Assembly: GCA_023544605.1 (NCBI GenBank)
Contig: JAMJFQ010000002.1
Location: 1 to 43,045, forward strand
Reading direction: 5' to 3'
DNA: 43,045 nt
Source: ANME-2 cluster archaeon
Lineage (GTDB): Archaea > Halobacteriota > Methanosarcinia > Methanosarcinales > Methanocomedenaceae
A program made the translations under genes and the position numbers. Positions 18,022 to 28,266 of the stretch are shown here, piece after piece; position 1 is the stretch's first letter, and the number at the start of each line of letters is the position of its first letter. Under the pieces are notes generated by a model. That model was not told where the DNA came from, ran no database searches, and saw only the letters and a list, made by a program, of their open reading frames with translations.

Positions 18022-18527
18022 TATAAGGTGACATACGTCCCACTACCATCCTTTACCAGTTCAACAGTCAGTTCATAGGAGCCGGGCATCAGAACAAGGG
18101 GTTCGTCCAGGCCAGGTAGGGCGGCATATCGTGCTTTTGAGGGCAGGGTATGGGTGATGCCCTTGCTTGTTGTGTAATAGATGATATTACTCTCATGCGG
18201 ACGGGTACGGGCAGGCAAATCCCCGTCCTGCGGCGGCATGGCCCCGAATACCACGAATTCGACCCCGTCCGGCACAGTAAACGTGACCACCTCTTTTGTC
18301 CCGGTATTATCCCCGGTATCTGATACCTGCCTGGCACCCCCCTGCTGGTATATGGTCGAAGCCCTTGCTTCAAGTGAAGAAAGGTCAGCGGAAAAACGTG
18401 AAAGGCTGGTATCCTTTGAAAAATCTGCCAATGCTGCTGCAGATAGTGAGATAATAAGGGCCATAAGTATGGCTGCTGCTGCCAATCTCATGGGCAGCGC
18501 GTCTGATCCTACCTCATCAAATAACAC
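18018..18527 (-). CDS. N-terminally anchored protein of unknown function, gene 1 of the operon
   Basis: MRLAAAAILMALIISLSAAALA N-terminal helix, then a beta-rich-looking ~130-aa domain. Confidence 0.6.
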   Translation of the reverse strand: MLFDEVGSDALPMRLAAAAILMALIISLSAAALADFSKDTSLSRFSADLSSLEARASTIYQQGGARQVSDTGDNTGTKEVVTFTVPDGVEFVVFGAMPPQDGDLPARTRPHESNIIYYTTSKGITHTLPSKARYAALPGLDEPLVLMPGSYELTVELVKDGSGTYVTLY

Positions 18528-18775
18528 AACGAGTCAGATTTCATCATGGTATTTGAGAATTTCGAATACAGTCTAATATATTTACAATTATATATTACAA
18601 AACCAATCCGCTTCCAACGGTAAAACGGGAAAATGGAACGATCTTTCCAAATGAAAATACCCGCCCGTCAACCGATAATGGTTATTTACCGAAATGGCTA
18701 TAATCGATAATACCCTATTGATCATACAGGCTTTGAGCATACAGGGCATGATATTGGAGCCGGGAGTTTTTGCAG

Positions 18776-19675
18776 ATGAATCTTGATAATTTTCTAAGGA
18801 CAAAGGGAACGGATGAGGATCTGGCACAGCTTATCATGCTGTTGAGCAAGCAGGCTTTGGACATTAAGGCTGGTTTTTTAAGCGCACGGGGGACGGCCGA
18901 TACCAAGAACGTGTACGGTGAGACCCAGATGGCTCTTGACAAGAGGGCTGATGAGATATTGATAGCCGCCTTAAAGGCATCCAGACTGGTCAACTGGATA
19001 GCCACGGAAGAGCAGCCCGATATCATTGAAGTGGAAGGAGCAAAAAACCCGTTCGGTGTAACCATTGACCCCCTTGACGGCTCATCCCTCATAGATGTGA
19101 ATCTGGCAGTGGGCACCATTGTGGGTATCTATCCCGGCCATGTGCTGGAACCGGGCAATACCATGCTGGGCGCCCTGTACATCCTGTACGGACCCCTGAC
19201 CACGCTGACCTATACCACAGGCAGTGGTGTACATGAGTTCGTCATGCACGAGGATGGTACATTCACGCTGATGCAGGAGAACCTGACCATCCCTGATGGC
19301 AAGATATATGCTCCCGGGGCCCTGCGCAAGGACTACCTGCCCTACCATAAACAGTTCATTGAGCAGCTGGAATTAGAAGGTTACAAGCTGAGGTTCTCGG
19401 GTTCATTTGTGGCAGATGTGCACCAGATACTGCACAAAGGGGGCATGTTCACCTATCCGGCTTTTGCAGGTAAGGAATCCGGGAAGTTGAGACTGCTGTT
19501 CGAGGGTACCCCATTGGGCAAAGTGGTGACTGAAGCGGGGGGTGCCGTATCCAATGGAACAGTCAACCTGTTGGAGGTGAAACCTACTGCTGTTTCTAAC
19601 CGGACCCCCATCTATATCGGCGGCCGTAAAGAGATCGCCTTGATCGAATCGTATAAAAAGAACGCAGGTACGTAA
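18776..19675 (+). CDS. fbp: fructose-1,6-bisphosphatase, class I
   Basis: [22 protein letters not shown] metal-binding motif and a [13 protein letters not shown] segment. ATG at 18776 preceded by GGAG; the ORF track starts at TTG 18770. Confidence 0.85.
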   Translation: MNLDNFLRTKGTDEDLAQLIMLLSKQALDIKAGFLSARGTADTKNVYGETQMALDKRADEILIAALKASRLVNWIATEEQPDIIEVEGAKNPFGVTIDPLDGSSLIDVNLAVGTIVGIYPGHVLEPGNTMLGALYILYGPLTTLTYTTGSGVHEFVMHEDGTFTLMQENLTIPDGKIYAPGALRKDYLPYHKQFIEQLELEGYKLRFSGSFVADVHQILHKGGMFTYPAFAGKESGKLRLLFEGTPLGKVVTEAGGAVSNGTVNLLEVKPTAVSNRTPIYIGGRKEIALIESYKKNAGT

Positions 19676-20158
19676 ATGAACTTACTAACAGAGGATATCG
19701 AAGAATTCGGGCACATCCTTGCCCGGAGTTATTTTACCGAACAGGGCTGGCAATTCACTGACATAACACGATCAGGCAATAAGATAATAGAATCACTTGA
19801 TACCGTGAACGACCAGTACAATAAATATCCTTACATGAACAAGGACTGGTATGTGGAAAATTCTGCCGAGAAAAACCTCCACATGACCACGAAGTGGGAT
19901 GACCTGAGCAAGCTGGTTGCCTTTTTACATACCTGGCCTGAAGCGTTTGATTTTTTGTTGAAGTTCAATGCCAACCGGTCCCTGTGTATTGTCAAGAACA
20001 AGCCTGCAGACCTGAACACAGAACAGCAACTGGCTATTGCTGATGCCAGGAAGGCAGGATTCAATGTGTATATCTTCAAAGCAGAGATCCCTGAGAATAT
20101 GGACTTTGAACTGGAAGAAGTTATAGGCGGCATCTCAGGTGTTGGGAACTTTCGATAA
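19676..20158 (+). CDS. hypothetical protein with VRR-NUC / PD-(D/E)xK-like features, apparently lacking the catalytic acid
   Basis: The ATG directly follows the fbp TAA (TAAATG). FDFLLKFNANRSLCIVKNKPADLNTEQQLAIADARKAGFNVYIF resembles the VRR-NUC pattern PDxxl...EVK...Ls..Q.....G..v, but has V/I where the E of ExK is expected. Confidence 0.5.
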   Translation: MNLLTEDIEEFGHILARSYFTEQGWQFTDITRSGNKIIESLDTVNDQYNKYPYMNKDWYVENSAEKNLHMTTKWDDLSKLVAFLHTWPEAFDFLLKFNANRSLCIVKNKPADLNTEQQLAIADARKAGFNVYIFKAEIPENMDFELEEVIGGISGVGNFR

Positions 20159-20261
20159 CGGGATTATTTCGATAACGTCCGATGATCACTTTTCCCATTA
20201 GAAATGTTTATCCTCCTAAAAAATAATTTAACGCTACTTTTAATTCAAGTGGAGTGCAAAA

Positions 20262-22214
20262 ATGGCTAAAGTAGATGTACTACTCGGGGAGAAGCGCACC
20301 TTCTATCCCCCCAAAGAAATGGTCTCACAGAGCAATGTCAAACAGTGGATGGATGCACATGACATTCCAGACATTGAAACTCTTTACCAGCGCAGTCAGG
20401 ACATAGAGTGGTTCTGGGGGGAAGTGGAAAAGGACCTTGTACAATGGTACAGCCCATACGACAAAGTACTGGATAGCTCAGATGCACCTTTCTTCCACTG
20501 GTTCACCAATAGCAAGTATAATATCGTACATGATGCCCTTGACCGCCACATGGGGACCCCTACCCAGGACAAGGTGGCCTACATCTTTGAATCAGAACAG
20601 GGCAATGTCAGTACCCTGACCTACCGGGACCTGTACAATGAGGTCAACCGGGTGGCCAACGGCCTGAAAGGTCTGGGCGTTGGCAAAGGTGACCGGGTGG
20701 CCCTCTATATGCCCATGATACCTGCCCTACCCATAGCTATGCTGGCCTGTGCCCGGATAGGTGCCGTACACAGCGTAGTGTTCTCGGGGTTCAGTCCCCA
20801 TGCACTGCAGGACAGAATAAAGGACTCAGGCGCAAAGGTCCTGATCACGGCTGACGGATTCTGGAGAAAGGGAAAGGTCATCAACCTCAAGACACTGGCC
20901 GATGAGGCCGTCAAAGACACGGGCATTGAACATACCATTTGTTATGCATGGGCGCAGTGCGATGTACCTATGCGTAAACACGATATGTGGTGGGATGAAC
21001 TGGTCAAAGGCCAGCCCACAGAGTGCGAAACAGAGCTCATGGACCCGGATGACCCCTTATTTATCCTGTACACCTCGGGTACCACGGGCAAACCCAAAGG
21101 CGTAGTACACGTGCACACCTACTCGGTTGGCATAGCCCTCACCCTCAAATGGGTGTTCGACCTCAAACCCGATGATATCTGGTGGTGCACTGCTGATATA
21201 GGCTGGATCACAGGCCACAGTTACATTGTCTATGCTCCGTTGATGCTGGGTACCACCTCGGTGCTCTATGAAGGCGCCCCTGCCCATCCCGAACCGAACC
21301 GGCAGTGGGAGATGATAGCCCGCCACGGAGTGACCGTTTTCTATACCTCGCCCACGTCCATTCGGATGCACATGCGATTCGGTGATGAATGGACCCAAAA
21401 GGACGACATGAGCTGTCTACGGTTGCTGGGCACGGTGGGTGAGCCCATTAATCCTGAAGCCTGGATGTGGTTCTACGAGAACATCGGCAAGCGTCGATGC
21501 CCCATCATGGATACCTGGTGGCAGACCGAGACCGGTTGTTTTGTGATATCCCCGCTGCCCGTACTGCCGTTAAAACCCGGTTCTGCCACAAGGCCGCTGC
21601 CCGGTTTCAACGCTGAGGTGCATGATTCTGACAACAAGGCCGTCGTGGATGAAGGCGGCAGCCTGGTACTCACTTCGCCCTGGCCTTCCATGCTGCATAC
21701 CCTGTATAACGAACCCCGGAGATATGTAGAACATTACTGGAACGAAAACCATGATTTCGTATCAGGCGACATCGCCAGGGTAGACAGTGACGGTTATTTC
21801 TGGGTGCAGGGGAGAGGTGATGACGTGCTCAATGTATCGGGTCACAGGATAGGGAATTCTGAAGTGGAATCTGCCCTGGTCAGTCATCCTTTGGTAAGCG
21901 AAGCCGCAGTGGTAGGCAGGCCCGATGACATTAAAGGCGAAAGCATTGCAGCCTTCGTTTCATTGAAGATGGGGGTCGAACCCGGTGATGAACTCGTGAA
22001 GACCCTGCGGGACCACGTAGCCCGGGAGATAGGCAAGATAGCCAGACCTGATGTCATCTATTTCGTCAACGACCTGCCCAAGACCCGGAGCGGCAAGATC
22101 ATGCGCAGGATAGTGCGCTCAGCCCTCATATCAAAGGAAGTAGGCGACATTTCCACCCTGGCAAATCCTGAAGCTGTGAAAGAAATAGAAGATGTTTTGA
22201 GTAAAAATAAATAG
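20262..22214 (+). CDS. acs: acetyl-CoA synthetase (AMP-forming)
   Basis: 650 aa with [31 protein letters not shown] and a conserved C-terminal SGKIMRR. Confidence 0.95.
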   Translation: MAKVDVLLGEKRTFYPPKEMVSQSNVKQWMDAHDIPDIETLYQRSQDIEWFWGEVEKDLVQWYSPYDKVLDSSDAPFFHWFTNSKYNIVHDALDRHMGTPTQDKVAYIFESEQGNVSTLTYRDLYNEVNRVANGLKGLGVGKGDRVALYMPMIPALPIAMLACARIGAVHSVVFSGFSPHALQDRIKDSGAKVLITADGFWRKGKVINLKTLADEAVKDTGIEHTICYAWAQCDVPMRKHDMWWDELVKGQPTECETELMDPDDPLFILYTSGTTGKPKGVVHVHTYSVGIALTLKWVFDLKPDDIWWCTADIGWITGHSYIVYAPLMLGTTSVLYEGAPAHPEPNRQWEMIARHGVTVFYTSPTSIRMHMRFGDEWTQKDDMSCLRLLGTVGEPINPEAWMWFYENIGKRRCPIMDTWWQTETGCFVISPLPVLPLKPGSATRPLPGFNAEVHDSDNKAVVDEGGSLVLTSPWPSMLHTLYNEPRRYVEHYWNENHDFVSGDIARVDSDGYFWVQGRGDDVLNVSGHRIGNSEVESALVSHPLVSEAAVVGRPDDIKGESIAAFVSLKMGVEPGDELVKTLRDHVAREIGKIARPDVIYFVNDLPKTRSGKIMRRIVRSALISKEVGDISTLANPEAVKEIEDVLSKNK

Positions 22215-22321
22215 ACCGGGGATAAAGCGCACTTTGTGCAGTGTCATATGGATGTACTCATTGCTGTCCATGTGTTGTCCGTTTTGCACAACTTTATTAA
22301 TATAAAATATAATTTAGTATC

Positions 22322-23704
22322 ATGAAACAATGCTCCAGTGGTATTGTCCACCTGGACGAGATCCTGGGAGGCGGCCTGCCCAAACCCTCCCTGGTATTGG
22401 TAAGCGGGACTGCTGGTGTGGGTAAAACCACCTTTGTGCTTCAAATGTTATCGCAGGCAGCCCAGAAAGGTGAGAGAGCGGTCTATATGCCTATCACCTC
22501 GCAATCGGATGAAAAACTGATGGACTATCTCCACATTTACCCTTTCTTTAGTGATGATATCATGGTCCACCCCATTAACCGCTCCACAGCTGAAAAGGAC
22601 CCGCTGACCACTCTGCTTGATATGGGAAACATCCTCGCCTCTACCAATCCGGACCGGCTGGTCATAAATCCCCTTGACACCCTGGGTTTTGGATTTCCCT
22701 CTCATGAAAAACGCCGTTTCTTCTATTCCTTTGACTCTATGATACAGGACTGGTCTGCCCAGACCATGATCACGGGAGAACTGAACAAGATACAATTACA
22801 CCAATCCATCCTTCCCCACATTGCAGACGGAGTGATATATCTGGACAGGGAGCTGGTGGGGGACAAGGTTGTCAGGAAAATGGAAATAATGAAATGGCGC
22901 GGTATAGGGGACGGTATGAACGATAACTCTTCAGTACACGAGTTCAAGATCACTTCAAATGGAATATCGATCTTCCCAAAACTGGAATCTAATGCCACTC
23001 CCCTGCCAACTGGCGGGGAAAGACTGTCCACCGGCGTGGAAGGGCTTGACAGTATGATGCACGGTGGGATACCGGCTCAGTCTTTTACCATACTGACCGG
23101 CTGCGCCGGTGTAGGCAAGACCATGCTGGGATTGCAGTTTATTGCCAAAGGGTTGGAACTGGGCGAACCATGCATTATTGTGTTGTTTGAAGAGAAAGAG
23201 GGACAGTTGATCTATGAGGCATCAAAGCTGGGATGGGACCTGGAAGGATACATAAAGAAAGGACTGCTGAAGATAATATATTCAAATCCCACTACGATTC
23301 TGCCTGATGAGCACAACCAGATAATACGAACGTGTGTGGAAGAAATGGGAGCTAAACGGCTGTTCTATGACGGAGTGAATAATCTTGAATCGATCATGAA
23401 AGACCCCGTTGACCTTAAGAACCACATCAGGCTGCTTATCAATTTCCTCAAGAGCCGGGGTGTCACGGTGATCCTTACCAACGAAGTGTCTGGACTGTTC
23501 ATCCCTGACAGGATGCCCGAACTCAGTATTTCATCCCTGGCAGATGGTATCATTATGCTGCATTTTATGGACAACCAGAACAGGTACGAACGTGCCCTGT
23601 CCATCCTTAAACTCAGGGGCAGCGATCATGATATGTCAGTGCGGAAATACATCATCGGGGACAATGGGGTAGAGATAATCCAGAAAGAGTTGATAGTAAA
23701 ATAA
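22322..23704 (+). CDS. KaiC-like double RecA-domain ATPase
   Basis: Two tandem domains, each with GLDE/GLDS-x-GGG(L/I)P and Walker A (GTAGVGKT, GCAGVGKT). Only the second domain keeps the LFEE catalytic pair. Confidence 0.85.
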   Translation: MKQCSSGIVHLDEILGGGLPKPSLVLVSGTAGVGKTTFVLQMLSQAAQKGERAVYMPITSQSDEKLMDYLHIYPFFSDDIMVHPINRSTAEKDPLTTLLDMGNILASTNPDRLVINPLDTLGFGFPSHEKRRFFYSFDSMIQDWSAQTMITGELNKIQLHQSILPHIADGVIYLDRELVGDKVVRKMEIMKWRGIGDGMNDNSSVHEFKITSNGISIFPKLESNATPLPTGGERLSTGVEGLDSMMHGGIPAQSFTILTGCAGVGKTMLGLQFIAKGLELGEPCIIVLFEEKEGQLIYEASKLGWDLEGYIKKGLLKIIYSNPTTILPDEHNQIIRTCVEEMGAKRLFYDGVNNLESIMKDPVDLKNHIRLLINFLKSRGVTVILTNEVSGLFIPDRMPELSISSLADGIIMLHFMDNQNRYERALSILKLRGSDHDMSVRKYIIGDNGVEIIQKELIVK

Positions 23705-23712
23705 AAAATGAC

Positions 23713-24102
23713 CTATTCAGGTACGAACTTCGTGCCGTAATAGATCATACCTTTTTCACTTTCCTCGCCCAGCTTCCGAAACACTGAACGCACCCTCATC
23801 CCTATATCCATTTCCTCTTGTCCACATACTACCTGTCCGGTCAGTGACGGACCCTCATCCAGTTTTATGATCGCCAGGTTATAGGGTGCCTGCATTTCAT
23901 AGCCCTTGGCAGCGGTGTGGATAACGGTATAGGTGACCACTTCACCCTTACCCTGAAACTTATGAGGTTCCATCTTACCGTCCCTGCGACAGGTAGGACA
24001 CATCGTCCTTGGCGGGAAATAATATTCATTACAGGTAGTACAGTGGGTACCGATCAGATTATACCTGTGCGGTATCTTTCTCCAGAATCGTGCAACGGTC
24101 AT
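23713..24102 (-). CDS. DUF35 zinc-ribbon/OB-fold protein (scaffold of the archaeal thiolase/HMG-CoA synthase complex)
   Basis: CTTC...CPTC zinc ribbon followed by an OB-fold-like C-terminus. Directly downstream of the thiolase gene. Confidence 0.85.
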   Translation of the reverse strand: MTVARFWRKIPHRYNLIGTHCTTCNEYYFPPRTMCPTCRRDGKMEPHKFQGKGEVVTYTVIHTAAKGYEMQAPYNLAIIKLDEGPSLTGQVVCGQEEMDIGMRVRSVFRKLGEESEKGMIYYGTKFVPE

Positions 24103-24107
24103 TTAAA

Positions 24108-25280
24108 TCACCTGTCCCTCGAAAATATATGTACAACAGCAGTACCGCCGGAACCGCCCACGTTATGGGTCATGCCGACCTCGGCGCCGTCCACCTGGCG
24201 CTTGCCAGCGGTCCCCCGCAGCTGTTGGCTAATTTCCACGGCCTGTTTGATACCAGTGGCACCGACCGGGTGTCCGCATGCTTTAAGACCGCCGGATGTG
24301 TTCACCGGTATCCGCCCGCCAATGGCAGTTTCACCTGCTTCGGTAGCCCTGCCGCCGTCCCCCTTCTTGAAGAATCCAAGGTCTTCGATGGCACAAATTT
24401 CAGCAATGGTAAAACAATCATGAACCTCGACCATGTCAATATCGTCCGGCGTCATGCCCGCCATTTTGTAAGCTCTCTGGCCTGCTGCCACCGAGGCATC
24501 CAGCGTGGTGATATCTGCCCTGTCATGCAGGGAGATGGTCCCGCTGGCCTGGGTTGCAGCCTTAACATAGACCGGCGTATCAGTATATTTTTTAGCAATA
24601 TCTGCCGCAGCCACCACAACAGCAGAAGCCCCATCTGATATAGGCGAGCAGTCGAACATGTGTAGCGGGTCTGCTACCATATTTGAGTTCAATACGGTAT
24701 CAATAGTGATCTCGTTCCTGAACTGGGCTATAGGGTTCATGGTCCCGTTATGATGATTTTTTACAGAGGCCGCTGCAAGCTGTTCAGACGTAGTGCCGTA
24801 CGTATGCATATGAAGCCTGGCTATCATGGCATACAGGCCAGGGAACGTAGCGCCCATGATACCTTCCCATTCCCTGTCAGCAGCCGCAGCCAACGCATCG
24901 GTTGCCGTATCCATACCCACATCCGTCATCTTCTCGGCACCTGCCGCCACCACAATATTATCATGTCCCGATGCCACGGAAAGGATGGCCTGGCGCAGTG
25001 CAAGCCCGCCTGAGGCACATGCAGCCTCGACCCTGGTAGCAGGTACATGCAGGTTACTGGCAAGGCCGGCATAATCGGCTATTAGGCTGCCGATGTGCTC
25101 CTGTTCCACGAACCTGCCCCCGCTCATATTGCCCACATACATGCTGTCGATCTCTTCACCCTGGATACCTGCATCCTCGATAGCAGATACGCCTGCCTCC
25201 ACGAACAGGTCCCTGAAGGAACAGTCCCACAGTTCACCGAACTTAGTACAGCCAATTCCGATAATTGCTACATCTCGCAT
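24108..25280 (-). CDS. acetyl-CoA C-acetyltransferase (archaeal thiolase)
   Basis: 390 aa with an active-site region VEAACASGG and C-terminal GHPVGATG and NVGGSGG motifs. Confidence 0.9.
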   Translation of the reverse strand: MRDVAIIGIGCTKFGELWDCSFRDLFVEAGVSAIEDAGIQGEEIDSMYVGNMSGGRFVEQEHIGSLIADYAGLASNLHVPATRVEAACASGGLALRQAILSVASGHDNIVVAAGAEKMTDVGMDTATDALAAAADREWEGIMGATFPGLYAMIARLHMHTYGTTSEQLAAASVKNHHNGTMNPIAQFRNEITIDTVLNSNMVADPLHMFDCSPISDGASAVVVAAADIAKKYTDTPVYVKAATQASGTISLHDRADITTLDASVAAGQRAYKMAGMTPDDIDMVEVHDCFTIAEICAIEDLGFFKKGDGGRATEAGETAIGGRIPVNTSGGLKACGHPVGATGIKQAVEISQQLRGTAGKRQVDGAEVGMTHNVGGSGGTAVVHIFSRDR

Positions 25281-25284
25281 ATAA

Positions 25285-26334
25285 TCACACCTTTATCTTG
25301 CCCTTGTGTTTGGCATACGTGGCATAATTCATGTAAATAGGATTATTGAGCAGTTCTTCTACCTTAGGCGCCATATCACGTATCTCATCGATCCTGTCAG
25401 TCACGGTAATGCTGAATGCATCGCTACCGGCACCAGAACCGAAAGCTGTCATGAATATCCTGTCCCCTTCCACCGCCCTATCAAGAATTGCAGCCAGTCC
25501 TATCATGCATGAACCCGAATACGTATTACCCAGCCTTGACACTACCAGTCCGGTTTTGATCTGTTCAGGAGTGAAGCCCAGTTTCCTGGACACATTCTGC
25601 GGGAATTTACCATTTGGCTGGTGGAACACGGCATAGTCATAATCTGAAGGTTTTGTACCCAGCTTATCCATCAGGCCAGTTGCCGCTGAGGTCACATGCT
25701 TGAAATAACCCGGTTCTCCCGTGAACCTGCCCCCGTGCTCGGGATAGGGCATACCTTCACGCCTCCAGAAATCAGGGGTATCTGTGGTAAAGGAATAGGT
25801 ATCTTCGATGACGGCTGCCAGGTCACTGCTGCCTATAATATAGGCCGCCCCTCCTGCTGCGGCAGTATATTCCAGTGCATCGCCCGGTGCACCCTGGGAG
25901 ACATCGGCACCGATGGCCAATCCTATATCTATCATACCCGCACCTACCAGGCCCATACAGGTCTGGATGGCGGCTGTGCCTGCCTTGCATGCGAACTCAA
26001 AGTCAGCGGCCGTAAGATTCGGTTCAGCTCCCACAGCTGCCGCCACAATGGTACTGGTAGGTTTCACAGCATAGGGATGACTTTCAGACCCGCAGTAAAT
26101 AGCACCAAGCCTGGAAGCATCGACATTACCCCTGTTTACGGCACTGCGTGCAGCTTCCACTGCAATGGTGATTGCATCTTCGTCCAGACCAGGGACTGAC
26201 TTTTCCTTTACCTTCAATCCACCTATAATACTTAGGGCATCATCTCCCCACACTTTAGCAATTTCTTCAATTTTTATGCGGTATCTGGGGACATATGCAC
26301 CATATGATACGATTCCTACTTTCATGTGTTTCAC
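25285..26334 (-). CDS. hydroxymethylglutaryl-CoA synthase
   Basis: 349 aa with EFACKAGT (catalytic Cys), FHQPNGKF and GNTYSGS. First gene of the HMGCS-thiolase-DUF35 trio. Confidence 0.9.
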   Translation of the reverse strand: MKHMKVGIVSYGAYVPRYRIKIEEIAKVWGDDALSIIGGLKVKEKSVPGLDEDAITIAVEAARSAVNRGNVDASRLGAIYCGSESHPYAVKPTSTIVAAAVGAEPNLTAADFEFACKAGTAAIQTCMGLVGAGMIDIGLAIGADVSQGAPGDALEYTAAAGGAAYIIGSSDLAAVIEDTYSFTTDTPDFWRREGMPYPEHGGRFTGEPGYFKHVTSAATGLMDKLGTKPSDYDYAVFHQPNGKFPQNVSRKLGFTPEQIKTGLVVSRLGNTYSGSCMIGLAAILDRAVEGDRIFMTAFGSGAGSDAFSITVTDRIDEIRDMAPKVEELLNNPIYMNYATYAKHKGKIKV

Positions 26335-26416
26335 CTTGGTATCAAGAATTTTACTATTACTATTGGGAATTTATAAAAATCATAATTATCAACTAACAAA
26401 TCTGTTGTGGTCGCCC

Positions 26417-27145
26417 TTAACGTGATTTAAGTGCTTCGATCATCAGATCCACTGGCATGTTGGTCGATACCAGTGGTATGTTCTCAGCCTCAGCGATTTT
26501 CTTAGCTACCAAGTCCACTTCTGAACCGTCCAGACCGTGAAGTACGATAACCCTGGGTTTGAGATTGGTGACCCGGATAGCTACCATCGGTGACCGGCCA
26601 GTCGAGATACCTGTGAATATCAATGCCCTCTCCGTACTCCAGCCATAGATCTTCTGGAACTCATGATAGGGCAATTCAAGGATGGCTTTTAAACTATCGA
26701 TGACCGTGTATCCATATATCTGCTTTTCATTATCCTGCTCAGGCCGGTGTATTACCTGGCCATCTATAAGGGTCAAGAGCTCATCAATAGACATGGGAGT
26801 GCAATATTCGTGGATGTCATAGATGATATTGGGATCAAAACTTCCAGATATCATACTTTCATAGGCATGTATCTTCTTACCACCCCTCTGCTTGTCGATC
26901 TCAAGCAGTGCATTCACGATCTTCGTTACAATGGCCGTCCCAGGGGACTTTCTCCGCCCACTCTCATAATCGCTGATCACTGAGGGGGATACATCCAGAT
27001 AGCTTGAAAGGTCAGACTGTGCGACATCAAAGTTCAAGCGCCATTTTTTCATGACCTCACCAGGTCTGCCAGAGAGGGTTATTTCACCTGCCATTTTCTC
27101 TGCAAGGCGGTTCTCGATGTCAGCTTCATGTTTATCCCCTTTCAT
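26417..27145 (-). CDS. XRE-type helix-turn-helix transcriptional regulator with a ~170-aa C-terminal domain
   Basis: FDVAQSDLSSYLDVSPSVISDYESGRRKSP is a classic HTH_XRE segment. Divergent from the radical SAM gene at 27276. Confidence 0.75.
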   Translation of the reverse strand: MKGDKHEADIENRLAEKMAGEITLSGRPGEVMKKWRLNFDVAQSDLSSYLDVSPSVISDYESGRRKSPGTAIVTKIVNALLEIDKQRGGKKIHAYESMISGSFDPNIIYDIHEYCTPMSIDELLTLIDGQVIHRPEQDNEKQIYGYTVIDSLKAILELPYHEFQKIYGWSTERALIFTGISTGRSPMVAIRVTNLKPRVIVLHGLDGSEVDLVAKKIAEAENIPLVSTNMPVDLMIEALKSR

Positions 27146-27275
27146 TCTTTGTCTAATTTATCAGCACATAATATAAACCTAACGAATGTAATATCGTCAT
27201 TTGACGAAATACACTTAAGGGGTCATACCTATATAGTATTATCAAATATCAGAATCAACAAGGAAGGTTTTGCGT

Positions 27276-28253
27276 ATGACCGATACAGAAATAAAAGCCG
27301 AACTCCTGGCTGTGGGTGCTGTGGATATTGACCGGGCACTACTGGGCAATATCACCGTTCCGACTGCAGGTCCGGGAGCGGGCAACACTGCTTTTTTCTT
27401 CAATTGGAACGGGCACAGGGTCAGGCTGTCCGTTGATGAGGGATCTCCACTAAGGATCGTGGACGACAACGGTGATGTAGTGATACTTAAAGGCGGCAGG
27501 GAACTGGTGCGCGGACAACTGGAAGAGGAACTCATCCACTGCCCGGGACAGGCATATATCACCATCAGTGAGAGGTGTGTCTTCGACTGTAAATATTGCC
27601 CTGTACCAAAGTTGTCCGGTGATATTAAAAGCCTGGATACTATCATAAAGATGGTTGATGAAGCCAGTCGAGGTGGTAAACTACATGCCATCTCCATCAC
27701 ATCCGGCGTAGCAGATACTCCTGAGAACGAGGTGGGTCGGGCTGTTGAAGCCATAAAAGCCCTCGTACAATATGATGTGCCTATCGGTGTATCGGTCTAT
27801 CCTACTGCTGACTCAACGCAGCAGTTGAAGGAAGCAGGGGCCGTGGAAGTAAAATATAATGTCGAGACCATGGATAGGGAGATATTCAACCGTGTGTGTC
27901 CCGGTATGGACCTGGACTTTATTCTGGGAAGTCTCAGGCAAGCGGTCAGTATATTTGGTAAGAACAGGGTGTTCTCTAATTTCATAGTGGGTCTGGGTGA
28001 AACCGACGAGACCATAGAGGCAGGCCTTGAAGAGCTGGCATCCATGGGTGTGGTACCTATTGTCAGGGCCGGTGGGATGCATCCATTGCGTGAGGGAGAG
28101 ATCGATGTCCAGCGTCCCACTGCACCGAGGTTGTTGAAACTAACAGCAATATTGCGCCGAGTACTGGATGAACATGGTCTGCGTGCCGATGTGTCCCAAA
28201 CCATGTGCCTGCCCTGTACGGGCTGTGACATAAATCCCCATATCGACATGTGA
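27276..28253 (+). CDS. radical SAM protein (biotin/lipoyl-synthase-related type, function unknown)
   Basis: CVFDCKYC cluster motif at ~residue 100. ATG at 27276 preceded by AAGGAAGG; the ORF track starts at TTG 27270. Confidence 0.8.
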   Translation: MTDTEIKAELLAVGAVDIDRALLGNITVPTAGPGAGNTAFFFNWNGHRVRLSVDEGSPLRIVDDNGDVVILKGGRELVRGQLEEELIHCPGQAYITISERCVFDCKYCPVPKLSGDIKSLDTIIKMVDEASRGGKLHAISITSGVADTPENEVGRAVEAIKALVQYDVPIGVSVYPTADSTQQLKEAGAVEVKYNVETMDREIFNRVCPGMDLDFILGSLRQAVSIFGKNRVFSNFIVGLGETDETIEAGLEELASMGVVPIVRAGGMHPLREGEIDVQRPTAPRLLKLTAILRRVLDEHGLRADVSQTMCLPCTGCDINPHIDM

Positions 28254-28266
28254 GGTGGATGGATCA

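Noticed and set aside
18588-19119. Minus-strand ORFs of 79 and 134 aa in and near the fbp 5' region
   Set aside because: One lies in the AT-rich divergent promoter region with no RBS or motif. The other is antisense to the clearly identified fbp gene.
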